A DNA stretch of 64,000 nt from Antechinus flavipes (taxonomy: Eukaryota). The stretch is taken from contig NC_067398.1 in NCBI RefSeq assembly GCF_016432865.1, positions 717,588,001-717,652,000 on the forward strand, in the 5' to 3' direction. Below the pieces are notes generated by a model, which saw only the letters and a list, made by a program, of their open reading frames with translations, ran no database searches and was not told the origin of the DNA. Position 1 is the stretch's first letter. Each line of letters begins with the position of its first letter. The position numbers and the translations under genes are program-made. Of this stretch, positions 1 to 11,095 are shown piece by piece.

Positions 1-3000
1 CAATGGATGATCACCTAGTTCTAGATGCTCTACCTCTCAAGGGCACAGAAATGCAGGAGTTGAAGCTTTTTATTTCCTTTGTTACCTCACTGTTGACTCA
101 GAGCTCTGGAGCTGGTTCACATGCACGGCTGCCTACGTGTTCCTCCCCTGGGGTTTAGAAGTTGACTTTGACCCAAACATAAAATTTTACATGTATCCTT
201 ATATTTCCTTTCCTCCCATGCAGCCCTTCTCATCCTTCCAGCTGATCAAGGTCTTTCTGGATGCTGCCACTGATCTAACATGGCTTCTGAATAATTCTCT
301 GGGGGTCAGTCTAGCTAAGCACAGAGAAGTTCATCACCACAAGGAAGGTAGCAGATTATCAAGTCTCCATATGAATTAAGGCACAGCCATGAACAGTGTT
401 GGGGCAGAGGAAATCACAGAACCTTGAATCAGATGGGAGATTCCTGATTAGAGAAGTACCAACTTTAAGTAATGCCTTCCAGTGCCTGGTGGGAGCCCGT
501 CCACCTGAGGAATCCTGGCGTGAATCCTTTGTAAAACAAGATAGTTGCTAGGCTAACGACTTAAAAGTCTGGCCTTCTGCAGCAAGGCTCAGGCCAAACT
601 TCAACCCATGTAGGTGAAAAAGTGGTTACTGTTATAACCCAAAATTGGGCTCTGCCTCTTTAGGATTCGAGGGGTCCTTTGAAAAGTAAAGGCTTCCCAT
701 GGTCCAGTTTGCTCCTTAGCAGAGAGCCAGTTTCCTGCTCTTAGAAAGGGGTCCCTGGGGCATCCCAGGAAGCTCTAGATTTTACGAGCCAGAGCAACAT
801 AGTGAGCCTGGGCCCCAGAAAACCAATAAACTGTGTGAAGCTAGTCATGTTCCTTGGCTTCTCTGAACCTCAAGATCCTCTTCAGTCCATAGAGGGCTGA
901 CCATTTCCCACCTGCATCATGGGACCACTGAAAGGCTTTGAGAAACAGACCTGAACACAGCTCCTAAGATGTGCAATGTTCTCTGGCCCTTGCCAATGGA
1001 GAAAGGTAATTTAACTTAGAGATCAGAAGCAGGAACAATGAAGCTCTTGAAAGGCAGGAAGGGAAGGGACCCAAGGGGGACAGACTACCTGTAACATAAT
1101 CAACTCCCCATCACCAAAGTCTCCAAGCATTGTCTGGCCGGCCACCTGTCAGGGAAGCTGAAGGGAACATTGCATCCGAGGTTCCGGCCAACTCGAGCCA
1201 CTTCCATTATTTAGGCCAAGTCTTTAGTTTGACGAAAATGAGATCAGAGTTTAGTGACTTCCCCAAAAGGATCCAGGGAGTGTCACAGAGCCAAAATTCA
1301 AATCCACATCTTTCAAATCCAATGCTCTTTCCACTATACTGTGTTCCTCCAGAATCCTGTGTCAGCCAGCAAAGTCCACAGTGTTCACAGGGAATCAGGA
1401 AGGGAAGAGTGGCAGCCTAAGGCCGAGACTGCCTAGAGTAGCAGGTGAGCAGCTATCAAGATCCTGGGGCAGCTTTCCAGTGTCAAGAGCAAGACCTAAA
1501 TGCCATGAGGGGAGCAATGCCTGGGGAGATGGGCAAGATCACTGGAGAGAACTCCTGAGCCAAGGGGATTGCCATATAAGGTAGACAGCAGTGGGCACGC
1601 CCATCTGTAAGACACCCTAAATGAAGGTTCCCACTAAGTTTTGGGCATGCCTTTGTGTACATTTGCTGAGAACTATGGAATGTGTTCCCAGTTATCCAAT
1701 AGGTCTCAGGAAGCATTCAGAAGATTGACAGTTTTCCTAGTGCCTTAATGAACATCCTTTATGGTGGGCCTGTTTACACCCTGGAAACCTGGCCAGTTCC
1801 TGGAGTAAACATCTTCCTAAAGTAACACATACTGTCTTTCATGGACCTCTTACAACAGAGCATCCCTCTACCTAAGGGGGGTTGCTCTGTCTCACGAGTC
1901 ATGTCCCAACAGAAGATATTTATAGTGCCTTGTTCTCAGCAATGAGAAAACCCCTTAATGGAAAGAGACTTTTAGAACTTAAGTTTGGTACCATTTGCCT
2001 AACACTCTGAAAGCGATGACCCAGGTTCTCTCAATTTTTGAAATTCAGATGTTGGTGCTTCCTCATAGTGGTGATGATCTATGTTATCTCTTATATTGTC
2101 TTGGTGATCACTGTGCTTGTTAATTGTGTGTTTTTATAAGTTTCCTCTTTTTCTCGTATCTTGTTTAAATCTAGTTTCTGAGTAGTAATGTAAATTTCAT
2201 TTCATCTTTTTAAGTCTCTGCCTGTTAAATGTGAAATCCTCAAATCCTACACCATCACTGAGAATGTCCATCATGACCCCCAAGCTGAGCAGCAGTTTCC
2301 TTTCCTTGGGATGCTCCTGGTCACAGGTAACAATGTACATACTCCATCAAGCTCTGAACTCCAAAGAGGCCCCAACATGAAATGCACCCACCTGCTCACC
2401 CAGGAAAAAAACAGATTGGCTGCCTAGAATATGGCAGGCAGCTCTGTCCTTGTCCTTCAGCACATCTTGGCCAAACATTGACCGAGAAAATTCAAACTGG
2501 AGGAGATCAGCTTGTTCTACCTCTGGGAAGTAACAAAGCTCTTTTTGTAACCCCAAGCTTTTCCCTGTAACAAGACCTTCTTGAGCCTCCTTTGGCAAGG
2601 TTGCAACGTGCTGGAATCCTGAAGCAGTGGTTGCTGAAGACACCCAGACGACAATAGGGAGACCCTGGGCATGAAGTGGGTGAGAGGAATGCAACAGGAT
2701 TCTTTACAAGGTGAAGGTGGTGCCCCATAAAGGATGGCACATCACAAAGGATGAGCTCATTACATAAGGAAGGCAGGGACAAGGACAGCCAGGCAAGGGA
2801 GCATCGGGGCAGTCACTTGTACAATGAGAAAGAACACCTATGTTGCTAGATCACCTCTGTCTAGACATGTATTATGGATGGGGGAGCAGAGGCCAAAAAT
2901 GGGGAAGAGAGTTGCCCCAAATTCCACACTGGATCGGTCACAGTGCAGAGTCTCATATCTCAGTTTGCTGTTCTTCCTGCTACACAGCATGCTCCCCCTT

Positions 3001-3360
3001 AGTTTCGTGGGGAAAGGTCCCATGCCCTCCATTCCAAACCATTAGTTCTCAAAGGATCCTTCATTTCTGCTCTTTATAGAGCTGGTCACAGCAGGGCCCA
3101 AGGAAAAGACTAATGAGATCCAGCACTTAGCACAGCACCTGGCATACAGCAGGCTCAGAATAAATGCTCATCATTTTTCCCCTATATTTTTCTGAGGGTC
3201 CTGGTCGCTGTCTCTCTCTGATCACTGACCAAGAATATCTTTTAGGAGACAATGACAATGACAGTGAATTATTTTCTTTTTAGGTTGATAATTTGTATCA
3301 GGCCTTCGGGTCTCCAAAGCCCTTTTCTTAGCAGATCTGGGCTCATGATTCCAGTTCTGC

Positions 3361-3822
3361 TACGGCCTACCTGTGTGACTGCCTCCTCACCCAGGCAGTG
3401 ATCTCGGAGGCCCCTTCCAGCTGCACCGTAGCCTACCTGTGTGACAGCTTCCCCACCCAGGTGGTGATATTCTCAGATGCTCCTTCCAGCTCCGCCATGA
3501 CCCACCTGTGTGACTGCTTCCTTACCCAGATGGTGATCTCAGAGAGCTCTTCCAGTTCCACCACAACTTACCTCTGTGACAGCCTTCCCACCCAGGAGGT
3601 GATCTAGAAGGCCCCTTCCAGCTCCGCCACAATTTACCTGTGTGACTGCCTCCTTACCCAGGTGGTGATCTCAGAGATCCCTTTCAGCTCTGCCACGGCC
3701 TACCTGTTGACTGCCTCCCCACCCAAGAGGATGTTCTCAGAGCCCTCCTTCCAGCTCCACTACGACTCACCTGTGTGACCGCCTCCTCACCCAGGAGGTG
3801 ATCTCGGAGGCCCCTTCCAGCA
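3361..3822. repeat. ~66-bp tandem repeat, ~7 diverged copies
   Basis: Unit CCTACCTGTGTGACTGCCTCCTCACCCAGG(N)GTGATCTCGGAGGCCCCTTCCAGCTC recurs at 3366, 3432, 3501, 3567, 3633, 3699, 3766. Confidence 0.9.
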
Positions 3823-6800
3823 ATAAATCCACACATAAGGTTGTTTCAGAAACATTGTGGATCTCATTTGATAGATGAGCTCTGCTTCCTTCTGCAACTG
3901 TACAAAGCATCTGCCCCCAAAGGCGGCAAACAGGAGCCAAGGCTGCCAATGCAGGTGATTGGGGGTTACAGACTCCATCCAGCACTTCTGAAATCATATC
4001 TGCCCTGTTCAATCCCAACAGGAGCCGGTCCCACATCAGCCCATCCTCCGAGGAGAGACTGGGAGATACCCCCTAGGAATTTGGCTCCACAAATCCATCC
4101 TCCCAACAGTTGCCTGAAGGCTCCTCCTCCAAGCAGCCTTCCCTGACCTACCCAAGAAATTTGACCCTCCTCTTTCCTAGCACAGCACAAACTTTTGTGG
4201 AAATCCTTTGGGCCTATGTCTCCCCTACTTCTTCTGGAGCTGAGAAAACTCAGGAAAACTGGTTTCCAGGTATCTGAGGAGCTTTCGTGGGAAGAGCCTT
4301 ATGCTACTTGGTCCATGAAAGAAAAGTAGGAAGTGTGTATCCATCGTTCCTCCCAATCTTGGCCTTCGAATTGGTTATTCCTATTCCTACAACTGATTTT
4401 TTTTTAATATCTTAAAGTCCCTTGAAAATGGGAGAACATTAATATTCCTGATTCCTAGCATTCCCATGTCCCTGCCCCATCCTGGGCCAGTTCTGACTTT
4501 CTCCATATCCTCTTTGGGGGAGGGGAGCATCATGGCCACAAGCAGAAATGAACCCCAAATGAGAGCTCCAAGTCTCCGCCTTTAAAAGGGAAGTGTGTCC
4601 AGCCCAGGAACAGACAGGAGCCAATGGAATCGAAGTGCTCAGAAGAAGGCCAGTAATGTTTCCATCCCCAATGTGACTGGTCCCTTCTCACTAAGTGACC
4701 CCACGGGCCCTCAGCTCATGGGTAAGGAGACACACAATCCCAGAGACAGAGATCCAAAACTTAGGGCCCAGGACCAAGAGAATCCTTGGTACCTGAGCTG
4801 CCTCAGGTTGTGCCCGAAGAATCCACAGAAGTCAGCAGCTGACTGGATGGGGGAGGGAGAAGGAGAGGAAAGCGTGGAAGATGATTCCGAGGTTGGAAAC
4901 CTAGAGTAGCTAGGAGTCCAGTGGGGCCTCCACAGAAACAGGGACACTGGGAGGAGAGACCGTTTCCGAGGGGGAGATAATGTCTGCAGGCTTGAGATTC
5001 CTTCAGGACATTCAATCGGAGATGAAAGCAGGGAGTGACAGGCCTGATTGGAGCCAGGGGGAGATGAGGGCGTGATCTGCCCAGGTAATAAGTTAAACCC
5101 ATGGAAGGGGATGAGAAAAAGAGAGGGAAGGAGCAAGGAGCAAGAGGGAGAGGGAAAAAGAGAGAGGGAGGGAGGGAGGGAGCGAGCAAGATTTGAGGGC
5201 CCTGCATCACTGGAAAGAGTGGAAAGGAGATGGGCACAGAGAGAATGAGCAAGAATCCAGGACGTGGTGGCAGCAGTGCTAGAGCCTACAGGGGTAAAGA
5301 AGGAGAACGGAGAAGACTCCACTGCACTCGGTGAGGGCAGTGAGCAGCCTTGGAGAGGGCAGTCTTGGCCAAAGAACAGGCTGTAAGTGATAAGGACGAG
5401 GACTGAGCAAGGACAAGGAGTAGACGGGGAGGAAGGGAGGAGCTCAGACAACTTGTGCCAGGAGGCTGGATAGGCCGGGGATACAGCAAGCCTAAGAGAT
5501 GGCAAGAGCTGGCCCACCACCAGATGGTTTGCCGGCAGGGACCTCGGAGACCACCCAAGTCCAACTCCTTCTTTTAGACAACCCCTACAAGAGATTGAAT
5601 GACCTAACTGACCCATCCAGAATCAGAAGCAAGATATGAACCCAGGACTTAACCATTCTGAGGCCAGATCTCCATCCATAAGACCACCCCAATTCTCAGC
5701 TCTCAAACCAGCATTTATTATGTGCCTACTGTGTGCTGGGCAACAGAAACTCAGACAAAAACAAAATTACCGGGCTCTCTGGGAGCCTCGATTTTATGAG
5801 GGAGGGACAATCCAGAGAACGGAATACTAAAGAGAGAGTAATTGGGGAGGTGGCCACTGTCGGCCGGCAGAATCCCACCCTGCTGTACGGGCCTGGCACT
5901 GAGCTGCAAAGGGCAGTGGACACCAAGCCCAGGGACCGGCCAGTGCAGACACAAAGAGACGGGACACCTGGGGAATAGCAAACAGCTCTTTCTGACCAGA
6001 TGACAGAATACACAAAGTGGGGGGCAAGAAATAAGTCAGGAAAGGGGGGGCAAACACCCAAAACGCTAACTGGGGAGCTTAGGTTTGTTCTTAGAGGCAA
6101 GAATGAGCCACTGAAACTTCAACAGGAATAAGACCTGCTTTGGACTTTACGGGAAATATGGCGAGGTTAGAATAATAAGGGAGAACCGAGAATGTAAGCA
6201 TCAGGGCAGGCTCAGTAAGGAGGGAGTGTGTGAAGCTTAAAGTGAAGGGGAGACGGGAGAAAGGATCCCAAAGCACAAGGAGGACGACTGGTCCTGGGGC
6301 CTCAGAGAGCAGGGACATGGAGAAAATGGCAACGACATCAAGGGATGTTGAAGTGGAGAAGAGCTAATGACACATATCTGAGAAAGCAGGACCTGAGGTC
6401 TCTCCTAAGGGGGGTAAACAGGAGAAGAATGGTACAAAAAGCTGGAGACACAGGAAGATCTGAAACAGGGCTGTGGTAAATGATAGAAATTCATTGGTGG
6501 AGAGTCAAAGGATCATGGGAACAGGGGAGTCCAGAAGACAAGTAAGGGGTCCAACACAGGGCTAAGTATTGATAAGATACGGGGCAGGGGGACAATCTTT
6601 CTTTGAACCAGTTACCTACCTTAGGGCCTGAGGATCAGTGAGACAGTCTGGGAGTGGCAGCGACGAGCAAGCAGCGCGTCCCCTCCTCCTCCTGGCCCAG
6701 GCTTTCACCAGGAGTGGAGAGGGTAGATGGGAACGCAGGAGCTCCTTGGCGGGGGGCACAGCGTGGGCTGTCATGTCCCAGTCACAGAGCCCCCCGGCTC

Positions 6801-6949
6801 CCTGAGGACCAAACACAAAGACCTGCTTGGTTTCTGAACACCTCATCTTCCCTTTCCAGGCTTCCCTCCCTTCAGGATACTGGCCTCCTGGCTCCATTCA
6901 ATGCCTTTTTTACTGCCTCCTGGCTTCCTTTAAGTCTCAGCTAAGATCC

Positions 6950-7190
6950 CATCTTTTACAGGAAGCCCTTGTCCAGTCCTCCCTCCCTTAGTGGCTCCCC
7001 TCCGAGGCGTCTCCAAATTACCCCAGATATAGCTTGTTTGTACACGGCCGTTTGCATGCTGTTTCCTCCACTAGACTGCGAACCTTTTCGTAGCAGAAAC
7101 CATGTTTTTCTCTTTCTTTCCAAAGTCCCCAGAGCTTAGCACGGTGCCTAGAATATATAGTAAGAGCTTAATAAATGCTTATTGATTTGG
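6950..7190 (+). mobile_element. LINE-2 3' terminal fragment
   Basis: Typical L2 tail: CTCCACTAGACTG...CAGAGCTTAGCACGGTGCCT...TAAGAGCTTAATAAATGCTTATTGATT; boundaries approximate. Confidence 0.65.
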
Positions 7191-7627
7191 CTTGATTGCG
7201 AGAGACCTAGAGTGAAGGGAAATTTATTCAGCAGCATTTCCAGAAGGCGACTTCCCCAACAAATAGCGCCCCAGCCTCTATTTGAAGATGAAGGAAAAAA
7301 TAACCCATTACCTAACTGAACGTGAACAGTTCTGTTAGGAAGTTCTCTTGGCTTCTGCGATTCCACCAGTTCTGCCTTCTGGCAAAACAAATTTAATAAC
7401 TTATTCCACAACGGTGATGGATGAAAAACAATAATGGATTTCTAGTGTGAAGATTTTTACTAAAAACTTCAGCTCTGCAGCTTACTGGAGATGACACTGA
7501 GCAAGTCATTTCCCTATGTGGTTTCCATTACCAATAAAATGCACAAAGTACCTGCATTATTACCTACCTCAGAGGCTTGTTGTGAAGATCAGATTAGAAA
7601 GTTTACTGCGAGTGTTTTATAATGATT

Positions 7628-7760
7628 GTACATATTTAATCTATATCGATTGCTTGCTGTCTTGGGAAAGGGGGAAGTGAGGGAGGGAGGGAGAAGAAAT
7701 TGAAACACAATATCTTACAAACATGTATTTGGGAAAAATAAAATGCTATTGAGAATAAAA
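7628..7760 (+). mobile_element. Marsupial L1 3'UTR end fragment
   Basis: TTTAATCTATATCGATTGCTTGCTGTCTTGGG, G-rich tract, then AATAAAATGCTATT; same motif at the ends of the L1s at 8470-9466 and 15100-17511. Confidence 0.7.
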
Positions 7761-7817
7761 GTGCTTTATAAACTTTAAAATGCTTTAGAAAAGTCAGTGA
7801 CTTGTCATTGCCTAGAT

Positions 7818-8001
7818 CAGGGCTCCTCAAACTTTTTAAACGAGGCCAGTTCACTGTCCCTCAGACTGTTGGAGGGCCGGATTATAGTAAAAACAAAAAC
7901 TTTGTTTTGTGGGCCTTTAAATAAACTTCATAGCCCTGGGGGAGGGGGATAATCGTCCTCAGCTGCCGCATCTGGCCGCGGGCGTAGTTTGAGGACCCCT
8001 G
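7818..8001. mobile_element. Non-autonomous hAT (Charlie-group) DNA transposon MITE, OC1/OposCharlie1-like, 184 bp
   Basis: 16-bp TIRs CAGGGCTCCTCAAACT (7818-7833) and AGTTTGAGGACCCCTG (7986-8001), 1 mismatch; perfect 8-bp TSD GCCTAGAT (7810-7817, 8002-8009). OC1 family assignment is from recalled consensus. Confidence 0.9.
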
Positions 8002-8469
8002 GCCTAGATGATGATGGACACGTTGGTCAGGTGGCCCATTGATAGATGCTGGAGTTGGTCAATGGGCTGGGCCCAGGATTCAATGCCTTGAAGGTTTCCA
8101 ATTCACTATTTCTGCCAAAGTTGTTTTTGTTGATGTTACTCGATTGGGGCCGAAGTGCTAGGCTGGTGTCAGGACTCTCTGGTCTCGTCTCCCGTGCTCT
8201 GGTACTTACAAGCTGAATAAGCCTGAGCTTTCGATGTCTCAGGGAAGTCCCTAGAAACAGTCTACCAGGTTACAATTTGTATCAATGGAGGAAGTTCTCA
8301 TGCTAACATGAGAAACTCTCCAAGAACAGGAGAATGGCTATTAACCATTGAACAACCACAATTTCTGAAGACTCACAAAACTTCAGGTGATTCAAAGACC
8401 CATAAAGAGATTTAGGGTGTCAATAATATAGAATTCTATCCCCAAGGACTTATATGTAAGCAAGTTGCT

Positions 8470-9466
8470 ATAAAGGAAAAGATAATAAATGTTGGAGGAA
8501 ATGTGGGAAAGCTGGGACACTAATGCATTGTTGGTGGAGTTGTGAACCATCTAACCATTTTGGAGAGGAATATGGAACTAGGCCCAAAGGGCTAACAAAC
8601 TTTGCATACCCTTTTGATCCAGCAGTGTCACTATGGGTTTGATTCCCAAAGAGATAAGAAAAAGAGAAAAAAGGGGGAAATGTAGTGACCCTTTTTGTGG
8701 TGGCAAGAAACTGGAAAGTGAGTGTATGCCCCTCAGGTGAAGAGTGGCTAAATATCATCTGGGGGAGGGGGTGGAGGGAGGGAGAGGAAAAATCGGAACA
8801 GAAGTGAGTGCAAGGGATAATGATGTAAAAAATTACCCTGGCATGAGTTCTGTCAATAAAAAGTTATTTAAAAGAAAAAAAGAAAAAAAAAAAAAAAGAA
8901 AAATGGCTGAATAAGTTATAGTTGGTTTATGAATGTAATGGAATATTGTTCTATAAAGAAATGACGAGCAGAATCATTTTAGAAATCATTTTAGAAAAAA
9001 CTTATGAATTAATGCTGAGTGAAGTAAAAAGAACCCAGAGAATATTGTACACAGCAACAACAAGATCATGTGATGGTCAATTCTGATGGATGTGGCTTTT
9101 TCCAAGGTGATTGAAGGGAATTCCAATTGCCTTGGAATGGAGGGAGCCATCTGCCTTCGGAAAGGGAACTATGGAGACTGACTGTGGATGGAAGAATAGT
9201 GTTTTCTCACCTTTTTGTTATTATTTACTTGCTTTTTTTGTTTCTCGTGTTTTTTTTTTCATTTACCTTTGGAGCTGATTTTTCTTGCTCAGCACAACGA
9301 ACATGGAAATTATGTTTAGAAGAATTGGCCATATTTAACACGTTTGGATTCCTTGCTGTCTATGGGAGGGAGAAAAAGTTGGAGCACAAGGTTTTGTAAA
9401 GGTGAATGTTGAAAACTAGATTTGCATGTATTTGAAAAAACAAAAAAGCTATTAAAATAAAAAATA
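8470..9466 (+). mobile_element. 5'-truncated L1 (ORF2 C-terminus + 3'UTR) interrupted by a younger L1 tip
   Basis: AAATGTTGGAGGAAATGTGGGAAAGCTGGGACACTAATGCATTGTTGGTGGAGTTGTGAAC is the L1 ORF2 C-terminal region; collinear with 16670-17500; A-rich end. Confidence 0.85.
8754..8898 (+). mobile_element. Young L1-subfamily 3' tip with poly(A), nested in an older L1
   Basis: GGAGGGAGAGGAAAAATCGGAACAGAAGTGAGTGCAAGGGATAATGATGTAAAAAATTACCCTGGC...AATAAA plus A-run; same family as 44064-44413; degenerate TSD AAGAGTGGCTAAAT / AAAAATGGCTGAAT. Confidence 0.8.
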
Positions 9467-9669
9467 AGCAATGTCAAAAGTGATATCATTAAAGAGACAT
9501 TACCCCAGAAAAAGAGATCGGCTGGGCATAAAGAGTATAGGATGGACAGATCCAATGTCACAGAAGAATCCATGAAAAAAGAAAAGACAAACAGCAAAGA
9601 AAGGTTTCTAGAGCCCCGGGTGGATTTTCTATGGAATTACAGTTAGACGTGGCCAAGAATACCACGTGA

Positions 9670-11095
9670 CAAGGAGGCAACAGCCGGGGTCACCATCATC
9701 GCTGCTGGACCTTCTCCTTCCATTCATGGCACTACCTTTCCTCTTCTCTCACTCCTTCTTAAGTCCTGGCAGTCCAGCTTCCACCTTCATGAGAGCCACT
9801 CTGTCCAAAGCTTCCAAAATCTCTTCAGGGCCTTCTCTCATTTCTCCATCTCTTGGACCTTTTCTGGATCCACTCTCCATGACACTGGCTCTTCTGGTTC
9901 TCCTCCTGCCATTTGCTGGTTCTCTTTTCAGGTGGCACCTGTGGGTATCTCCCCCCAAGTTCTGTCCTAGGTCCCTTTTTCTTTCTACTCTAGACTCTCT
10001 CACCTATTGATCTCATCAGATCTATGCAGATGATCCCCAACCGTCACCCCTACTCCTGGGGCAGCTAGGTGGTCCTGCGACAGATAAAGCCTCAGGCCTG
10101 GAGTCAGGAAGACTTGTCTTCCTGAGTTCAAATATGGCCTTGGACACTTCCTAGCTGTGTGACCCTGGACCAGTCACTTAATGCCTGTTTGCTCATCTGT
10201 GAAATGGTCTGGAGAAGAAAATGACAGACCACTCCAGCGTCATTGCCAAGAAAACCCCAAACGGGGTCCCAGAGCCAGACGTGATTGAAATAACTGAATA
10301 ACTAACTCCCGCTTCTCTCCTGACCGCTTGCTAGTCATCCATCACCAACTGCCTCTTGGACATCTTGAACTAGATATTCCACAGACATCCTCAACTCCTT
10401 GTGTCCAAACCTTTGACCTCCAGACCTCCCTTCTTCCAAACTTCCCCATGACTGTCAAGGGGCTTACCATCATCTTAGTTTGGGTAACTTTGGTTAACTT
10501 GTCCCAGTTACCCAAGACTAGAACCTTGGGGTCATCCTCAACTGCTTATCTGCACTCTCCCCAGAGTGCCGATCTCTTCCCAAATCTTGTTTCTGACACG
10601 ACCTCTAATTGATGTCCCCCATCCTTTCTCTGTAGCTCTGACCTGGTCACCTCTGCAGTATTCTTCTACCTAGTGTCCCAGCCCCAAGTCTCTCCCTAGT
10701 CCAGCCCATTCTCCACTCAGCTGCCCAAGTGATTTTTCTAAAGTCCAGATCCTTAGAGGTGGCGACTCCCCCTCCTCTTACTCACAAACCCCTTCACCTG
10801 AAGTCTGTCCTCCACCAGCCCCTCCTCGCCTTCGCAGGCTTGTTATACTTAACCCTTCTCTGTATCGAAGTACACACGTATATAGACACATCTGTATATT
10901 CTGCACATACATGTATACATGTCTTATATTGTGTATATACGTAGACATACATACTGTGATTACTTGTAGTCTCTCCCCCATTCAAATGTGAATTCAAGGG
11001 CACAGATTCTTTGGCCTTTCATTGTTTGCTCAGCACCAAGCCGAGTGCTGGGCTAAGCAAACAGTCAGTGCTTAATATATGCTTCTTGATTGACA
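9670..11095 (+). mobile_element. Degraded LINE-2 fragment (interrupted by a SINE)
   Basis: Pyrimidine-rich L2-like ORF remnants (TATGCAGATGATCCCCAA, TGCCTCTTGGACATC) ending in an L2 tail (CAGTGCTTAATATATGCTTCTTGATTGA); boundaries approximate. Confidence 0.55.
10058..10302 (+). mobile_element. Marsupial CORE-SINE (Mar1-like) with RTE-derived tail
   Basis: tRNA-like head GGGCAGCTAGGTGG...CCTGAGTTCAAAT, core CTAGCTGTGTGACCCTGG, RTE-type tail GAGAAGAAAATGACAGACCACTCCAG...TTGCCAAGAAAACCCCAAACGGGGTC. Confidence 0.8.

Noticed and set aside
1771-1812. Imperfect hairpin TGTTTAC...CTGGCCAG...GTAAACA
   Set aside because: Short (~40 nt) with a poorly paired middle; below pre-miRNA expectations and plausible by chance.
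2347-2800. Faint resemblance to a decayed retroviral pol segment
   Set aside because: No YxDD or LPQG motif recoverable and no LTRs nearby; too weak to call without a profile search.
4711-5616. 301-aa minus-strand ORF
   Set aside because: Low-complexity Ser/Leu/Pro translation of a purine-rich stretch; no recognisable domain or splice context.
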